DNA of 63,909 nucleotides, filler included. It is 6 parts of 6 records of this genome, joined end to end, with 100 filler letters (N's around TTAATTAATTAA, not from the genome) between each part and the next. Parts side by side here need not be neighbours in the genome. Positions count along the whole stretch, not along the records: positions 39,112 to 51,195 come from SRR2962707_2354; positions 51,296 to 58,801 come from SRR2962707_2356; 4 more parts are not named here. One strand, written 5' to 3'. A program made the translations under genes and the position numbers. Below the pieces are notes generated by a model. It worked only from the letters and a program-made list of their open reading frames with translations, was not told where the DNA came from and made no database searches. Below are positions 39,113-51,458 of the stretch, piece by piece; positions within the stretch are counted from its first letter, which is position 1; every line of letters begins with the position of its first letter.

Positions 39113-39445
39113 GACGAAGTGGAGCGTGGTCAGGTTCTGGCGAAGCCGGGCTCGATCACCCCGCACACCAAGTTCGTTGCCGAGGTGTACGTGCTGAGCA
39201 AGGACGAAGGTGGTCGTCACACTCCGTTCTTCAACGGCTACCGTCCGCAGTTCTACTTCCGTACCACCGACGTTACCGGTGCCTGTACGCTGCCGGAAGG
39301 CACCGAGATGGTGATGCCGGGTGACAACGTGCAGATGGACGTTGAGCTGATCGCACCGATCGCCATGGAAGACGGCCTGCGCTTCGCGATTCGTGAAGGT
39401 GGTCGTACTGTTGGCGCCGGCGTGGTGGCCAAGATCGTAGAGTAA
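39113..39445 (+). CDS. tuf: Elongation factor Tu, 3' fragment
   Basis: [44 protein letters not shown]. Confidence 0.98.
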   Translation, partial: DEVERGQVLAKPGSITPHTKFVAEVYVLSKDEGGRHTPFFNGYRPQFYFRTTDVTGACTLPEGTEMVMPGDNVQMDVELIAPIAMEDGLRFAIREGGRTVGAGVVAKIVE

Positions 39446-39453
39446 GATAATTC

Positions 39454-39483
39454 AAGGCCGGGGCTTGCCCCGGCCTTCTTTTG
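39454..39483 (+). terminator. tuf terminator overlapping the S10 promoter -35
   Basis: AAGGCCGGGG-CTTG-CCCCGGCCTT followed by CTTTT. Confidence 0.7.
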
Positions 39484-39501
39484 TCTATATACTCTGCGCC
39501 C
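39465..39501 (+). promoter_or_regulatory. S10 operon promoter
   Basis: TTGCCC-17 nt-TATACT followed by GC-rich discriminator CTGCGCCC. Confidence 0.6.
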
Positions 39502-39649
39502 TCTTTCCAGTGTTAGTACTGGAAAGGGCGCGATCAACCGGGGCATCGTTCCCGGGCTTGTTTTGACACCCACCTCCTTCGGATGAGAAGGATGGGCGGG
39601 CTTTTTGCCATCTAAAGTATGGTTCGAAACAGTCTGGAGTTTGTTAGCT

Positions 39650-39961
39650 ATGGCTAACCAGAGAATCCGAATCCGTCTCAAGGCTTTTGATCATCGCCTG
39701 ATCGATCAGTCCGCCCAGGAGATCGTGGATACGGCAAAACGCACGGGTGCGCAGGTACAGGGTCCGATCCCTCTGCCCACGCGTAAAGAACGGTTTACGG
39801 TGCTGGTCTCTCCGCACGTTAACAAAGATGCGCGGGATCAGTACGAGATCCGTACCCACAAGCGGATGGTGGACATCGTGGAGCCCACGGACAAGACCGT
39901 GGACGCACTGATGAAGCTGGATCTGGCCGCTGGTGTGGATGTGCAGATCAGCCTGGGATAA
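39650..39961 (+). CDS. rpsJ: 30S ribosomal protein S10
   Basis: [19 protein letters not shown]. Confidence 0.98.
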   Translation: MANQRIRIRLKAFDHRLIDQSAQEIVDTAKRTGAQVQGPIPLPTRKERFTVLVSPHVNKDARDQYEIRTHKRMVDIVEPTDKTVDALMKLDLAAGVDVQISLG

Positions 39962-40018
39962 CTCAGCCTGAGACAACAACGTGCGGCCTGGCCGCAACAG
40001 GTTGTGAAGAGGTAGACA

Positions 40019-40654
40019 ATGGCGATTGGTGTAATCGGTCGAAAATGCGGGATGACCCGGGTGTTCACTGAAGACGGTGTCAGTGTTCCGGTGACCGTGA
40101 TTGAAGTGTCCCCGAATCGGGTGAGCCAGATTAAGACCGAAGAGACAGATGGCTACGAGGCCGTGCAAGTGACGGTTGGCGAGCGCCGCGCAACCCGAGT
40201 GACCAAGCCAATGGCGGGTCACTTCGCCAAGGCGGGCGTGGAAGCTGGCCGCACTGTGGGTGAATTCCGCGCTCCGGCGGGCGATTTGCAGGTTGGCGGC
40301 GAGCTGACCCTGGAAGTGTTCGAGGCTGGCCAGATCGTGGACGTAACCGGTACCTCCAAGGGTAAAGGTTTCGCCGGTACGGTTAAGCGTTGGAATTTCC
40401 GTACTCAGGACGCCACTCACGGTAACTCTCTGTCCCACCGCGCTCCGGGTTCCATCGGTCAGAACCAAACCCCGGGCCGCGTATTCAAGGGCAAGAAAAT
40501 GGCGGGCCACATGGGTGCCGAGCGTGTGACGGTTCAGAATCTGGAAGTCGTGCGCGTGGACGTGGAAAAGAATCTGTTGCTGGTTAAGGGTGCGGTCCCC
40601 GGCGCGGCCGGTGGTGATGTGATCGTGATCCCGGCAGTGAAGGCGAAGGCCTGA
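40019..40654 (+). CDS. rplC: 50S ribosomal protein L3
   Basis: [24 protein letters not shown]. Confidence 0.98.
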   Translation: MAIGVIGRKCGMTRVFTEDGVSVPVTVIEVSPNRVSQIKTEETDGYEAVQVTVGERRATRVTKPMAGHFAKAGVEAGRTVGEFRAPAGDLQVGGELTLEVFEAGQIVDVTGTSKGKGFAGTVKRWNFRTQDATHGNSLSHRAPGSIGQNQTPGRVFKGKKMAGHMGAERVTVQNLEVVRVDVEKNLLLVKGAVPGAAGGDVIVIPAVKAKA

Positions 40655-40668
40655 AAGAGGAATAGAGG

Positions 40669-41271
40669 ATGAATCTCAATACCGCCTCTGGAGGTACCGT
40701 TACTGTGTCTGAAGTCGCCTTCGGCAAGGACTTCAACGAGCCTCTGGTTCATCAGGTTGTGACTGCTTACCTGGCGGGTACCCGTCAAGGTTCCAAAGCG
40801 CAGAAAAGCCGCTCTGATGTCAGTGGTGGTGGTCGTAAGCCCTGGCGGCAGAAAGGCACCGGTCGCGCTCGCGCCGGTACCATTCGTAGCCCGCTGTGGC
40901 GTGGCGGCGGCAAAACGTTTGCCGCGGTGCCCCGTGACCACTCACAGAAAGTAAACCGCAAAATGTATCGTGGCGCGCTGCGCTGCATTTTGTCCGAGCT
41001 GGTTCGCCAGGAGCGCCTGGTTGTGGTGGACGACTTCTCCGTCGACACCCCGAAAACCAAGCAGGTGGCCGCCAAGCTCAAGGATCTGAACCTGAGCAAT
41101 GTTCTCATCGTGACTGACGATGTGGATGAGAATCTGTATTTGGCGGCTCGTAACCTGCCGAAGGTCGACATTCGCGATGCTAGCGGTGTGGATCCGGTCA
41201 GCCTGATCGCCTTTGACAAGGTGTTGGTGACCGTGCCGGCTCTGAAGAAACTTGAGGAGGCGCTGGCATGA
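40669..41271 (+). CDS. rplD: 50S ribosomal protein L4
   Basis: [14 protein letters not shown]. Confidence 0.98.
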   Translation: MNLNTASGGTVTVSEVAFGKDFNEPLVHQVVTAYLAGTRQGSKAQKSRSDVSGGGRKPWRQKGTGRARAGTIRSPLWRGGGKTFAAVPRDHSQKVNRKMYRGALRCILSELVRQERLVVVDDFSVDTPKTKQVAAKLKDLNLSNVLIVTDDVDENLYLAARNLPKVDIRDASGVDPVSLIAFDKVLVTVPALKKLEEALA

Positions 41272-41564
41272 ACAAAGAGCGCATTTTAAAAGTGCTGCTT
41301 GCACCGCACTTTTCCGAAAAGGCCACTGACGCCACCGAGCGCAGCAATGCCTTTGCTTTCAAAGTGGCAAAAGATGCCACCAAGGCGGAAATCAAGGCCG
41401 CCGTGGAAGCGCTGTTCGAGGTTAAGGTGCGCAACGTTCGGACTTTGAACGTGAAAGGCAAGCGCAAGTTCTTCGGTCGTGTCGCCGGTAAGCGTAGCGA
41501 CTGGAAGAAGGCCTACGTGTCCCTTGAACAAGGCCAGGATATCGACTTCCTGGGCGCTGAGTAA
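41268..41564 (+). CDS. rplW: 50S ribosomal protein L23
   Basis: SEKA, DWKKAYV. Confidence 0.97.
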   Translation: MNKERILKVLLAPHFSEKATDATERSNAFAFKVAKDATKAEIKAAVEALFEVKVRNVRTLNVKGKRKFFGRVAGKRSDWKKAYVSLEQGQDIDFLGAE

Positions 41565-41583
41565 GGTAAGGGAGTGAGTAATC

Positions 41584-42408
41584 ATGGCGATTGTTAAGAC
41601 CAAGCCGACTTCTCCGGGCCGCCGCTTTGTCGTAAAGGTGGTCAATGAGGAGCTGCACAAAGGTGCTCCCTACGCGCCCTTGCTGGAAGCCAAGGCCAAG
41701 AACGGCGGCCGTAACAATAACGGCCGTATCACCACCCGTCATAAAGGTGGTGGTCACAAGCAGAAATACCGCGTAGTGGATTTCCGTCGTAATAAAGACG
41801 GTGTCCAGGGTGTGGTGGAGCGTCTGGAATACGATCCGAACCGTTCCGCGCACATCGCGCTGGTGAAGTATCTGGATGGCGAGCGTCGTTACATTCTGGC
41901 GCCGAAAGATCTGAAGGCGGGCGATCGTGTTCAGTCCGGCGAAGATGCCCCGATCAAGGTGGGCAATACTCTGCCGCTGCGCAACATTCCGCTGGGTTCC
42001 ACGATTCATAACGTGGAGCTGAAGCCCGGTAAAGGTGGTCAGCTGGCTCGCTCCGCGGGTACTTCTGTCCAGCTGCTGGCGAAAGATGGACAGTATGTGA
42101 CCCTGCGTTTGCGCTCTGGCGAAATGCGTAAGGTGCACGCTGAATGTCGCGCCACCATCGGGCAGGTATCCAACAGTGAGCACAGCCTGCGCTCGCTGGG
42201 TAAGGCCGGCGCAACCCGCTGGCGCGGTGTTCGTCCCACCGTTCGCGGTGTGGCCATGAACCCCGTGGATCACCCCCATGGTGGTGGTGAAGGGCGTACG
42301 TCCGGTGGCCGTCATCCGGTAACCCCCTGGGGTGTACCGACCAAGGGCCACAAAACCCGTACCAACAAGCGCACCTCCAAGATGATTGTGCGCGACCGTC
42401 GTAAGTAA
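41584..42408 (+). CDS. rplB: 50S ribosomal protein L2
   Basis: [25 protein letters not shown]. Confidence 0.98.
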   Translation: MAIVKTKPTSPGRRFVVKVVNEELHKGAPYAPLLEAKAKNGGRNNNGRITTRHKGGGHKQKYRVVDFRRNKDGVQGVVERLEYDPNRSAHIALVKYLDGERRYILAPKDLKAGDRVQSGEDAPIKVGNTLPLRNIPLGSTIHNVELKPGKGGQLARSAGTSVQLLAKDGQYVTLRLRSGEMRKVHAECRATIGQVSNSEHSLRSLGKAGATRWRGVRPTVRGVAMNPVDHPHGGGEGRTSGGRHPVTPWGVPTKGHKTRTNKRTSKMIVRDRRK

Positions 42409-42430
42409 GGGATAGAGAGAGGTTCAGGCT

Positions 42431-42706
42431 GTGCCACGTTCACTGAAAAAAGGTCCGTTTCTGGATCACCACCTGTTGAAGAAGGTGGAAGAAGCGGTGG
42501 AAGCCGGCTCCCGTAAGCCGATCAAAACCTGGTCCCGTCGCTCCATGATCATCCCGGAGATGGTGGGTTTGACCATCGCGGTACATAACGGCCGTCAGCA
42601 TGTTCCGGTATTGGTTTCCGAGCACATGGTGGGCCACAAGCTGGGCGAATTCGCCCTGACCCGTAACTTCCGCGGGCATATCGTGGACAAAAAGGCTAAG
42701 CGATAA
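42431..42706 (+). CDS. rpsS: 30S ribosomal protein S19
   Basis: [16 protein letters not shown]. Confidence 0.98.
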   Translation: MPRSLKKGPFLDHHLLKKVEEAVEAGSRKPIKTWSRRSMIIPEMVGLTIAVHNGRQHVPVLVSEHMVGHKLGEFALTRNFRGHIVDKKAKR

Positions 42707-42716
42707 GGTGACAGCC

Positions 42717-43061
42717 ATGGCGACTGAAGTTGCAGCCCGTCTGCGGGGCGCAAGAATTTCGGCTCAGAAAGCCCGCCTGGTGGCCGACCAGATCCGAGGT
42801 CTGGAGGTGGAAAAGGCGTTGAATGTTCTCGCCTTTAGCCCCAAGAAGGCGGCCAAGATTGTTAAGAAGGTGCTGGAGTCCGCGATTGCTAACGCGGAAA
42901 ACAACGACGGCGCCGATGTGGATGAGCTGAAAGTATCCACCATCTACGTGGATGAAGGCATGTCGATGAAGCGTATTCGTCCTCGCGCGAAAGGGCGGGC
43001 GGATCGCATTCTCAAGCGTACCTGCCACATCACTGTAAAAGTCTCGGAAGGTCAGGAGTAA
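42717..43061 (+). CDS. rplV: 50S ribosomal protein L22
   Basis: [21 protein letters not shown]. Confidence 0.98.
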   Translation: MATEVAARLRGARISAQKARLVADQIRGLEVEKALNVLAFSPKKAAKIVKKVLESAIANAENNDGADVDELKVSTIYVDEGMSMKRIRPRAKGRADRILKRTCHITVKVSEGQE

Positions 43062-43065
43062 CCAG

Positions 43066-43758
43066 ATGGGTCAGAAAGTTCATCCGATCGGTATTCGTCT
43101 GGGCATCGTCAAGGAGCACAACTCCCTGTGGTATGCGGGTCCCAAGACCTACGCAGACTGCCTGGTAACCGATCTCGAGGTGCGTGAATATCTGTTCAAG
43201 CGCCTCAAGAATGCCTCGGTGAGCCGGATTAAAATCGAGCGTCCGTCCGAAAACGTCCGCATCACTATCTCAACGGCTCGTCCGGGGATCGTGATCGGCA
43301 AGAAGGGCGAGGACGTTGAGCGCCTGCGTCGCGACGTAGCAGCCAAGATGGGTGTGCCGGTGCACATCAACATCGAGGAAGTGCGTAAGCCTGACGTGGA
43401 TGCTCGCCTGGTAGCCGATAATATCGCTGGCCAGATCGAACGTCGTGTTATGTTCCGCCGCGCTATGAAGCGAGCGGTGCAGAACGCGCTCAAGGCCGGT
43501 GCCGAAGGTATTCGGGTCCAGCTTTCTGGTCGTCTGGGTGGTGCCGAGATTGCTCGTACGGAATGGTACCGTGAAGGTCGCGTGCCGCTGCATACTCTGC
43601 GTGCGGACATCGATTACGCCAACGTGCGTGCTGAGACCACCTACGGAACCATCGGTGTGAAGGTCTGGATCTTCCGTGGCGAAGTGCTTGGTGGCATGGA
43701 GCAGGTTCAGGAAGAGCAGAAGCAGTCCAAGGGCGCGAAAAAGCGCGGCCGTGGTTAA
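43066..43758 (+). CDS. rpsC: 30S ribosomal protein S3
   Basis: [27 protein letters not shown]. Confidence 0.98.
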   Translation: MGQKVHPIGIRLGIVKEHNSLWYAGPKTYADCLVTDLEVREYLFKRLKNASVSRIKIERPSENVRITISTARPGIVIGKKGEDVERLRRDVAAKMGVPVHINIEEVRKPDVDARLVADNIAGQIERRVMFRRAMKRAVQNALKAGAEGIRVQLSGRLGGAEIARTEWYREGRVPLHTLRADIDYANVRAETTYGTIGVKVWIFRGEVLGGMEQVQEEQKQSKGAKKRGRG

Positions 43759-43771
43759 AAGGTAACGAACG

Positions 43772-44185
43772 ATGTTGCAGCCGAAGCGTACCAAATTCCG
43801 GAAAATTCATAAGGGCCGTAACCGTGGCCTGGCACAGCGCGGCAACAAGGTGTCTTTTGGCACCATCGGCCTGCAGGCCACCGGCCGTGGCCGGATCACC
43901 GCGCGTCAGATCGAAGCGGCTCGTCGGGCCATGACCCGTCACATCAAACGGGGCGGTAAGATCTGGATTCGGGTCTTCCCCGATAAGCCGATTACCCAGA
44001 AACCGCTGGAAGTGCGGATGGGTAAAGGTAAAGGTAGCGTGGAGTACTGGGTAGCCCAGATTCAGCCGGGCCGCATGCTCTACGAAATGGAAGGTGTTTC
44101 CGAAGACGTGGCGCGTGAAGCGTTCCGTCTGGCCGCAGCCAAGCTGCCGGTCAGCACCCGTGTCGTGACTCGGACGGTGATGTAA
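43772..44185 (+). CDS. rplP: 50S ribosomal protein L16
   Basis: [18 protein letters not shown]. Confidence 0.98.
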   Translation: MLQPKRTKFRKIHKGRNRGLAQRGNKVSFGTIGLQATGRGRITARQIEAARRAMTRHIKRGGKIWIRVFPDKPITQKPLEVRMGKGKGSVEYWVAQIQPGRMLYEMEGVSEDVAREAFRLAAAKLPVSTRVVTRTVM

Positions 44186-44188
44186 GCC

Positions 44189-44380
44189 ATGAAAGCGAGC
44201 GAACTGAAAGAAAAGAGTGTTGAGCAGTTGCGCGAGCAGCACCTTGAGCTGCTGGAACAACAGTTCAAGCTGCGCATGAAGAAAGCATCCGGTCAGCTTT
44301 CCCAAACCCATCAGCTTGGGACGGTCCGCCGTGATATTGCACGTGTGAAGACCATTCTGCGGGAAAAACAGGGTAACTAA
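44189..44380 (+). CDS. rpmC: 50S ribosomal protein L29
   Basis: [16 protein letters not shown]. Confidence 0.97.
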   Translation: MKASELKEKSVEQLREQHLELLEQQFKLRMKKASGQLSQTHQLGTVRRDIARVKTILREKQGN

Positions 44381-44382
44381 TC

Positions 44383-44652
44383 ATGGCAGAGGCGAAACAG
44401 AAACTGCGCCGGACCGTTACCGGTAAAGTGATTTCCAGTAAAGGTGATAAGACCATCACCGTATTGGTTGAGCGCCGGGTACAGCACCCCATTTATGGCA
44501 AGATCATCAAGCGTTCTACCAAACTGATGGCTCACGATGAGCAAAACCAGTGTGGCGAAGGCGACCTGGTCACCATCGAAGAATGCCGTCCGCTGTCCAA
44601 GCGTAAAAGCTGGATGCTGGTCAGCGTAGTGGAGCAGGCCGTCAAGGCCTGA
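44383..44652 (+). CDS. rpsQ: 30S ribosomal protein S17
   Basis: [17 protein letters not shown]. Confidence 0.97.
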   Translation: MAEAKQKLRRTVTGKVISSKGDKTITVLVERRVQHPIYGKIIKRSTKLMAHDEQNQCGEGDLVTIEECRPLSKRKSWMLVSVVEQAVKA

Positions 44653-44704
44653 TGAGAGAATGCTGTGGCTGCCTGCACAGGGCAGGAGTTGGAGAGAGTA
44701 AGCG

Positions 44705-45073
44705 ATGATTCAGACCGAAACCATGCTCGAAGTCGCCGATAACAGCGGCGCTCGTCGAGTGCAGTGCATCAAGGTGCTGGGTGGCTCCCACCGCCGCTAT
44801 GCAGGCATTGGTGACATCATCAAGGTCACAGTAAAGGAAGCGATTCCGCGTGGTCGTGTTAAAAAAGGCGACGTGATGAGCGCTGTCGTGGTACGTACCC
44901 GTCGTGGTGTACGTCGCCCCGATGGTTCTGTGATTCGTTTTGACGAAAACGCCGCGGTCCTGTTGAACAACAACAAGGCTCCGATCGGCACCCGGATCTT
45001 TGGGCCGGTGACCCGTGAACTGCGTAATGACCAGTTCATGAAGATCATCTCCCTGGCACCGGAAGTTCTTTAA
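44705..45073 (+). CDS. rplN: 50S ribosomal protein L14
   Basis: [17 protein letters not shown]. Confidence 0.98.
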   Translation: MIQTETMLEVADNSGARRVQCIKVLGGSHRRYAGIGDIIKVTVKEAIPRGRVKKGDVMSAVVVRTRRGVRRPDGSVIRFDENAAVLLNNNKAPIGTRIFGPVTRELRNDQFMKIISLAPEVL

Positions 45074-45088
45074 AGGCGGGTTAAGGCA

Positions 45089-45403
45089 ATGCTCAAGATC
45101 AAGCGCAATGACGAAGTCATCGTAATCGCGGGCAAGGACAAAGGTAAGCGGGGCCAGGTACAGCGTGTGCTCCCTAACGGCCGCCTTCTTGTCTCCGGTG
45201 TGAACATGGTGAAAAAACACGTTCGCGCCAACCCTAACCGCGGTATTCAAGGTGGCATTGTTCAGCAGGAGGCGGGTATTCACGCTTCCAATGTGGCCAT
45301 CTGGAATGCGAAGACCCAGAAGGCCGATCGTGTCGGCGTCCGTTTCGAGGACGGCAAAAAAGTGCGGTTCTTCAAGTCCAACGGCGAAGCGCTGGACGCG
45401 TGA
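45089..45403 (+). CDS. rplX: 50S ribosomal protein L24
   Basis: [11 protein letters not shown] motif, IHASNV. Confidence 0.97.
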   Translation: MLKIKRNDEVIVIAGKDKGKRGQVQRVLPNGRLLVSGVNMVKKHVRANPNRGIQGGIVQQEAGIHASNVAIWNAKTQKADRVGVRFEDGKKVRFFKSNGEALDA

Positions 45404-45416
45404 GGTTAGGTGAACC

Positions 45417-45956
45417 ATGAGTGATCTGAAGAAGGTTTACAACGAAGAGATTGTGCCGAAACTCCGCGATGAGTTCGGTTACAAGAACGTCATGGAGGTG
45501 CCCCGCATCACCAAGATCACCCTGAACATGGGTGTGGGTGAAGCGGCCGCGGACCGGAAGGCGATCGAAGGTGCGCTGTCGGATATGACCGCCATCGCCG
45601 GTCAGAAGCCGCTGGTCACCAAGGCACGCAAGTCCGTGGCGGGCTTCAAGATCCGTGAAGGTTGGCCGATCGGCTGCAAGGTGACCCTGCGTAACCGTCG
45701 TATGTACGAGTTCCTGGAACGCCTGGTATCCGTGGCAATCCCGCGTGTCCGTGACTTCCGGGGTCTGAACCCGAAGTCCTTTGACGGCCGTGGCAACTAC
45801 TCCATGGGTCTGCGGGAGCAAATCGTGTTCCCGGAAATCGATTTCGACAAGGTCGACAAGCTGCGTGGTCTGGATATCACCATCACCACCACGGCCAAGA
45901 CCGATGACGAAGCACGGGCGCTGCTGCGCGCCTTCAACTTCCCGCTGAAAGGCTAA
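45417..45956 (+). CDS. rplE: 50S ribosomal protein L5
   Basis: [24 protein letters not shown]. Confidence 0.98.
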   Translation: MSDLKKVYNEEIVPKLRDEFGYKNVMEVPRITKITLNMGVGEAAADRKAIEGALSDMTAIAGQKPLVTKARKSVAGFKIREGWPIGCKVTLRNRRMYEFLERLVSVAIPRVRDFRGLNPKSFDGRGNYSMGLREQIVFPEIDFDKVDKLRGLDITITTTAKTDDEARALLRAFNFPLKG

Positions 45957-45967
45957 GAGGATTTGTC

Positions 45968-46273
45968 ATGGCAAAGGTCTCTATGAAAAACCGGGAGGCG
46001 AAGCGCGCCAAGTTGGTTCAGCGTTACGCCACCAAGCGTGCCGCGCTGAAAGCGGTTATCCAGGATCCCAACGCGGAACCCGAAGCGAAGTGGGAGGCTC
46101 AGCTGGAGCTGCAGAAGCTGCCACGGGACTCTTCTCCGGTTCGCCAGCGTAACCGCTGCCGCCTTACCGGCCGTCCGCATGGTTACTACCGCAAATTCGG
46201 CCTGAGCCGCATTAAACTGCGTGAAGCAGCGATGCGTGGTGACGTTCCCGGGCTGGTTAAATCCAGCTGGTAA
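45968..46273 (+). CDS. rpsN: 30S ribosomal protein S14 (101 aa, non-zinc type)
   Basis: [16 protein letters not shown]. Confidence 0.98.
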   Translation: MAKVSMKNREAKRAKLVQRYATKRAALKAVIQDPNAEPEAKWEAQLELQKLPRDSSPVRQRNRCRLTGRPHGYYRKFGLSRIKLREAAMRGDVPGLVKSSW

Positions 46274-46299
46274 GCAAAGAGTAGCGGAGCAACTGCAGC

Positions 46300-46692
46300 A
46301 TGAGCATGCAAGATACCCTGGCGGATATGTTTACCCGTATTCGCAACGCGCAAATGGCTCGTAAAGTCGAGGTGGAGATTCCCTCCTCAAAGGCCAAGGA
46401 AGCCATTGCCAAGGTTCTGAAGGAAGAAGGTTACATCGACGGTTACGCGGTGTCTGGCGACGCCAAACCGACGCTGACCGTTCAACTGCGTTATTTTGAA
46501 GGCCAGCCGGTGATCGAGAAGATCGCTCGGGTGAGCCGTCCGGGCCTGCGTGTATACAAAGGCGCCGGTGAGATTCCCAAGGTGAAAGGTGGCCTGGGTG
46601 TGATGATCGTGTCCACCAACCAGGGCATCATTTCCGATCGCGCCGCCCGCCAGGCGAATGTCGGCGGCGAGCTGATCTGCGAAGTGTCCTAA
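46300..46692 (+). CDS. rpsH: 30S ribosomal protein S8
   Basis: [17 protein letters not shown]. Confidence 0.98.
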   Translation: MSMQDTLADMFTRIRNAQMARKVEVEIPSSKAKEAIAKVLKEEGYIDGYAVSGDAKPTLTVQLRYFEGQPVIEKIARVSRPGLRVYKGAGEIPKVKGGLGVMIVSTNQGIISDRAARQANVGGELICEVS

Positions 46693-46722
46693 GGTTTTGG
46701 TGTAGACGGATTAGGTGCAGCG

Positions 46723-47256
46723 ATGTCTAGAGTAGCGAAAAATCCGGTTAACCTGCCCAAAGGCGTCGAGGTAGCTATCGACGGCCAGAAGGTGACCGTG
46801 AAAGGGTCCAAGGGCAGCCTGGAACACCAGGTGCACGATTTGGTGGAAGTGGCCGTGGATGACGGCGTGTTCTCCGTCAAGCCCCGTGAGGAGTCTCAGC
46901 AGGCCTGGGCCGTGGCCGGTACCACGCGTGCTCTGGTCAATAACATGGTCACCGGTGTCTCCGCGGGCTTCGAACGCCGCCTGCTGTTGAACGGCGTTGG
47001 TTACCGTGCTCAGGCCCAGGGCAAGACCCTGAATCTGACGCTGGGCTTTTCTCATCCGGTAGCCTATGAGCTGCCCGAAGGGATCACCATTGAGACCCCG
47101 AGTCAGACGGAAATCGTCATCAAGGGTATCGATAAGCAGCTGGTGGGCCAGGTGGCCGCCAATGTTCGGGGCTTCCGCCCGCCCGAGCCCTACAAGGGCA
47201 AAGGGGTGCGCTATGCTGATGAGCAAGTGCGCCGTAAGGAAGCCAAGAAGAAATAA
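46723..47256 (+). CDS. rplF: 50S ribosomal protein L6
   Basis: [19 protein letters not shown]. Confidence 0.98.
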   Translation: MSRVAKNPVNLPKGVEVAIDGQKVTVKGSKGSLEHQVHDLVEVAVDDGVFSVKPREESQQAWAVAGTTRALVNNMVTGVSAGFERRLLLNGVGYRAQAQGKTLNLTLGFSHPVAYELPEGITIETPSQTEIVIKGIDKQLVGQVAANVRGFRPPEPYKGKGVRYADEQVRRKEAKKK

Positions 47257-47273
47257 TCGTTGAGACTGAAGCC

Positions 47274-47624
47274 ATGATGGACAAGAAAGTTGCACGTCTG
47301 CGCAGGGCAAAGCGTACTCGCCTGAAGATTCGTGAGCTGGGCGAGCTTCGTCTTTCCGTGCATCGCACTCCGCGCCATATTTACGCGCAAATCATCAGCA
47401 CTGCTGGTGATCGTGTGCTGGCCTCCGCGAGCACGGTGGAAAAAGACCTGCGTGCTGGCGCGACGGGTAATTCTGAAGCCGCCGCTAAAGTTGGTGAGTT
47501 GATCGCTCAACGCGCTAAAGAGGCGGGTATCGAAAGCGTGGCCTTTGACCGTTCCGGTTTCCGTTATCACGGCCGGGTCAAGGCGCTGGCGGATGCCGCA
47601 CGCGAAAACGGGCTTAAATTCTAA
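47274..47624 (+). CDS. rplR: 50S ribosomal protein L18
   Basis: [17 protein letters not shown]. Confidence 0.98.
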   Translation: MMDKKVARLRRAKRTRLKIRELGELRLSVHRTPRHIYAQIISTAGDRVLASASTVEKDLRAGATGNSEAAAKVGELIAQRAKEAGIESVAFDRSGFRYHGRVKALADAARENGLKF

Positions 47625-47636
47625 GGGTACTTGGTT

Positions 47637-48134
47637 ATGGCGAAAGTTGATCCCAACGAAGGTCTCCAGGAGAAGCTGGTTCAGGTGAACCGGGTTGCCA
47701 AGGTGGTGAAAGGCGGCCGTATTTTCGGCTTCACTGCTTTGACCGTGGTGGGTGACGGTAATGGCAAAGTGGGTTTCGGTCGCGGTAAGGCCCGCGAAGT
47801 GCCCGCCGCCATCCAGAAGGCCCTGGAAGCTGCCCGTCGCAACATGATTCAGGTGGAGCTCAATGGCACCACCATTCAGCATCCGATCAAGGCTCGGCAC
47901 GGCGCCTCCAAGGTGTTCATGCAACCGGCCAGCGACGGTACCGGTGTAATCGCCGGTGGTGCCATGCGCGCCGTGCTGGAAGTGGCCGGTGTACAGAACG
48001 TACTGGCCAAGTGCTATGGTTCCACCAACCCGGTGAATGTGGTTCGCGCCACGTTCGAGGGTTTGAAAGCGATGGCCTCCGCGGAATCCGTTGCCGCCAA
48101 GCGCGGTAAAACGGTCGAAGAGATCCTGAGCTAA
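47637..48134 (+). CDS. rpsE: 30S ribosomal protein S5
   Basis: [20 protein letters not shown]. Confidence 0.98.
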   Translation: MAKVDPNEGLQEKLVQVNRVAKVVKGGRIFGFTALTVVGDGNGKVGFGRGKAREVPAAIQKALEAARRNMIQVELNGTTIQHPIKARHGASKVFMQPASDGTGVIAGGAMRAVLEVAGVQNVLAKCYGSTNPVNVVRATFEGLKAMASAESVAAKRGKTVEEILS

Positions 48135-48157
48135 GCGCAGACAGACGGAACGTAACG

Positions 48158-48340
48158 ATGGCTGACAAGATCAAGGTAACGCAGGTAAAAAGCACCAACG
48201 GCCGGCTGGAAAAGCACAAGGCCTGTGTGCGTGGTCTCGGTCTGCGCCGTATTGGCCATACCGTTGAAGTTGAAGACACCCCTGCGGTACGCGGCATGAT
48301 TAACAAAGTCGCGTACATGGTACGGGTAGAGGGAGAATAA
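48158..48340 (+). CDS. rpmD: 50S ribosomal protein L30
   Basis: [18 protein letters not shown]. Confidence 0.97.
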   Translation: MADKIKVTQVKSTNGRLEKHKACVRGLGLRRIGHTVEVEDTPAVRGMINKVAYMVRVEGE

Positions 48341-48343
48341 GCG

Positions 48344-48778
48344 ATGCGTTTGAATGATCTGCATCCCGCTGAAGGTTCCCGTCCGGCCCAGAAACGGGTT
48401 GGCCGCGGTATCGGCTCCGGTCTCGGTAAAACGGGCGGTCGTGGCCACAAAGGTCAGAAATCCCGTTCCGGTGGCACCGTGAAGCCCGGGTTTGAAGGTG
48501 GACAGATGCCGCTGCAGCGCCGTGTACCGAAGTTCGGTTTCACGTCCAAGCTGGCAATGGCAACCGCTGAAGTACGCCTGGAAGAGCTGGCGAAAGTGGA
48601 AGGCGACGTGATCGACCTGGCCGCTTTGAAAGCCGCTGGCGTGGTTCGTTCTGACAAGAAGCGCGCCAAAATCGTGCTGCGTGGCGGTATTGACCGTGCC
48701 GTGACGGTGCGTGGCGTGGCGATCACCAAAGGCGCCCGCGAAGCGGTGGAAAAAGCCGGCGGTAAAGTCGAGGAATAA
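48344..48778 (+). CDS. rplO: 50S ribosomal protein L15
   Basis: [27 protein letters not shown]. Confidence 0.98.
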   Translation: MRLNDLHPAEGSRPAQKRVGRGIGSGLGKTGGRGHKGQKSRSGGTVKPGFEGGQMPLQRRVPKFGFTSKLAMATAEVRLEELAKVEGDVIDLAALKAAGVVRSDKKRAKIVLRGGIDRAVTVRGVAITKGAREAVEKAGGKVEE

Positions 48779-48791
48779 CAGGAACCGGGCT

Positions 48792-50174
48792 ATGGCCAAG
48801 AACCGTGCACAAACGCTTAACAGTGGTGCCGTCGCAGCAAGCGGTGGCGCCACTCGGGAGTTGTGGCGTCGTATCGGATTCCTGCTTGGGGCCCTGTTGG
48901 TGTTCCGGATCGGGGCGCATATTCCGGTACCGGGTATGAACCCGGACATGTTGGAACAGATGTTCAACCAGAACCGGGATACCATCCTTGGCTTGTTCAA
49001 CATGTTCTCCGGTGGCTCTCTGGAGCGCATGAGTATTTTTGCACTTGGCATCATGCCGTACATTACCGCGAGCATCGTTATTCAGCTGATGACCGCGGTA
49101 GTGCCCAGCCTTGAGCAGCTGCGCAAGGAAGGGGAGCAGGGACGCCGCAAGATTACTCAGTATACCCGTTATCTGACCGTCGCCCTGGCGCTGGTGCAGT
49201 CTTTCGGGGTATGCGCGGGCCTGAAGAGCCAGGGGATTACCCTGTTGCCGGAAGGTGCTGACAGCATGCAGGTGGCGAGCTTCTATTTCGTGGCCGTGAC
49301 CTCGTTGGTGACGGGAACGATTTTCCTGATGTGGCTGGGTGAACAAATCACCGAGCGGGGCATCGGGAACGGCATTTCCATGCTGATTTTCGCCTCCATC
49401 GTTGCCGGTTTGCCCGGCGCGGTGGCGCAGACCTTCGAGTCCGCCCGGCAGGGCGAGCTGGGGCTGTTGGCCATGCTGATGGTGTTTCTGGTGGCCGTGG
49501 CGGTGATTTTCGGTGTGGTGTTCGTGGAGCGCGGTCAACGCCGTATTACCGTGAACTATGCCCGACGCCAGCAAGGCCGCCGGGTATACGCCGCGCAGCA
49601 AAGCCATTTGCCGCTGAAAGTGAACATGGCGGGTGTGATTCCGGCGATTTTCGCCAGTTCCATCCTGCTGTTTCCGGCGTCGCTGACCCAATGGTTCAGT
49701 GATTCCAACCCGGATTCCTGGTGGGGGATGACCCTGCGCCGGGTGAGCGATGCGCTGTTGCCGGGTACGCCGCTGTACATTCTGTTGTTTACGTTGGCGA
49801 TCATGTTCTTCTGCTACTTCTATACGGCGTTGGTATTCAACCCGAAGGACGTGGCGGACAACCTGAAGAAATCCGGGGCTTATATCCCGGGTATTCGCCC
49901 CGGTGAACAATCAGCGCGTTACATCGATACCGTGATGGGCCGTCTGACTCTGATCGGTGCCGTATACATGACGCTGGTTTGTCTGTTGCCGTTGGGCCTG
50001 CAGGCGATCTGGAATGTACCCTTCTATCTGGGCGGTACTTCGCTGCTGATCGTGGTAGTCGTAGTGATGGACTTCTGGGGCCAGGTGAATTCCCATTTGA
50101 TGTCCACTCAGTACGAAAAACTGATGAAGAAAGCCAACCTGAAAGGGTATGGCGGCACCGGTCTGGTGCGTTAA
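48792..50174 (+). CDS. secY: Preprotein translocase subunit SecY
   Basis: [47 protein letters not shown]. Confidence 0.98.
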   Translation: MAKNRAQTLNSGAVAASGGATRELWRRIGFLLGALLVFRIGAHIPVPGMNPDMLEQMFNQNRDTILGLFNMFSGGSLERMSIFALGIMPYITASIVIQLMTAVVPSLEQLRKEGEQGRRKITQYTRYLTVALALVQSFGVCAGLKSQGITLLPEGADSMQVASFYFVAVTSLVTGTIFLMWLGEQITERGIGNGISMLIFASIVAGLPGAVAQTFESARQGELGLLAMLMVFLVAVAVIFGVVFVERGQRRITVNYARRQQGRRVYAAQQSHLPLKVNMAGVIPAIFASSILLFPASLTQWFSDSNPDSWWGMTLRRVSDALLPGTPLYILLFTLAIMFFCYFYTALVFNPKDVADNLKKSGAYIPGIRPGEQSARYIDTVMGRLTLIGAVYMTLVCLLPLGLQAIWNVPFYLGGTSLLIVVVVVMDFWGQVNSHLMSTQYEKLMKKANLKGYGGTGLVR

Positions 50175-50210
50175 CAGGGCCTTAGCGGCCGAGATAGTGA
50201 GGCGAGTGCG

Positions 50211-50327
50211 ATGAAAGTTCAGGCTTCTGTAAAGAAGATCTGCCGTAACTGCAAAGTGATCCGCCGCAAGGGCCGGGTCATGGTGATCTGCAGTGCCGAG
50301 CCGCGGCACAAGCAGCGTCAGGGTTAA
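50211..50327 (+). CDS. rpmJ: 50S ribosomal protein L36 (zinc-binding type; below the ORF-track cutoff)
   Basis: Manual translation [38 protein letters not shown]. Confidence 0.97.
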   Translation: MKVQASVKKICRNCKVIRRKGRVMVICSAEPRHKQRQG

Positions 50328-50354
50328 TTGGCGAGCTTCTTTCCTAGAGATTGG

Positions 50355-50383
50355 TTGAAATTCAGTCGGTGTAACGCTAGACT
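50355..50383 (+). promoter_or_regulatory. Alpha operon promoter
   Basis: TTGAAA-17 nt-TAGACT followed by a GC-rich discriminator, upstream of rpsM. Confidence 0.6.
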
Positions 50384-50441
50384 CTCCCGCCTTTCGGCGC
50401 CAGAGACTGGCGATACCGCTTTGTGAATCGGAGATATTCGG

Positions 50442-50798
50442 ATGGCCCGTATTGCAGGCGTAAACATCCCGGACAACAAACATACGGTGATTTCCCTCAC
50501 CTATATTTTCGGGATCGGCCGCACCCGTGCTCGCCAGATTTGCGAGCAGACCGGCATTGCGCCGGAGGTTAAGATTCGTGATCTGTCCGGCGATCAGCTG
50601 GACGCGATCCGTGCGGAGGTTGCCAAGGTTTCCACGGAGGGCGACCTGCGTCGGGAAATCAACATGAATATCAAGCGGTTGATGGATCTGGGCTGCTACC
50701 GTGGCATCCGTCATCGTCGCGGCTTGCCGCTGCGCGGTCAGCGCACCAAAACCAACGCCCGCACCCGTAAGGGCCCGCGGAAACCGATCCGCAAGTAA
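50442..50798 (+). CDS. rpsM: 30S ribosomal protein S13
   Basis: [24 protein letters not shown]. Confidence 0.98.
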   Translation: MARIAGVNIPDNKHTVISLTYIFGIGRTRARQICEQTGIAPEVKIRDLSGDQLDAIRAEVAKVSTEGDLRREINMNIKRLMDLGCYRGIRHRRGLPLRGQRTKTNARTRKGPRKPIRK

Positions 50799-50820
50799 GT
50801 CCTGAATTTGGATAGGCATC

Positions 50821-51195
50821 ATGGCTAAAGCGAAAAGAGACAGTGGCGCACGTCGGAAGAAGGTAACGCGGACCGTTGCGGATGGCATCGCTCACGTACA
50901 CGCTTCTTTCAATAACACCATCATTACCATCACAGATCGTCAAGGCAACGCGTTGTCCTGGGCGACCTCTGGTGGCGCGGGTTTCCGTGGCTCTCGCAAG
51001 AGCACCCCGTTCGCGGCCCAGGTGGCTGCCGAAAACGCCGGAAACGCCGCCAAGGATTATGGCTTGAAGAATCTGGAAGTGCGGGTGAAAGGCCCGGGTC
51101 CGGGTCGCGAGTCTTCCATTCGGGCGCTGAACGCCTGTGGTTACAAGATTACCCATATTCAGGACGTGACGCCGATTCCGCACAATGGTTGCCGT
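50821..51195 (+). CDS. rpsK: 30S ribosomal protein S11, truncated by contig end
   Basis: [26 protein letters not shown]. Confidence 0.98.
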
Positions 51196-51295
51196 NNNNN
51201 NNNNNNNNNNNNNNNNNNNNNNNNNNNNNNNNNNNNNNNTTAATTAATTAANNNNNNNNNNNNNNNNNNNNNNNNNNNNNNNNNNNNNNNNNNNN
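51196..51295. other. Artificial contig linker
   Basis: N44-TTAATTAATTAA-N44. Confidence 0.99.
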
Positions 51296-51458
51296 TGGAC
51301 ATTTTGTCTCCCCAGACAGGGCCGCATTGGTGGCGGTTCCATTGTCACAACTGTGTATGGTTTGGAATGCGACCAAATTAACCCTGTCGAGACCGTCTGT
51401 CTTACGTTAATCTGCCAACATATATCGCAATTCAGACAGTTTCAGGGTTGCCTGTCTT

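Noticed and set aside
39650..51195. Ribosomal cluster checked for missing, split or extra genes
   Set aside because: Canonical gammaproteobacterial S10-spc-alpha order; rpmJ is present though absent from the ORF track
51296..51312. GGAGA RBS and ATG on the minus strand at 51302
   Set aside because: Probably the start of a gene divergent from the AraC regulator, but only two codons are present, too little to call
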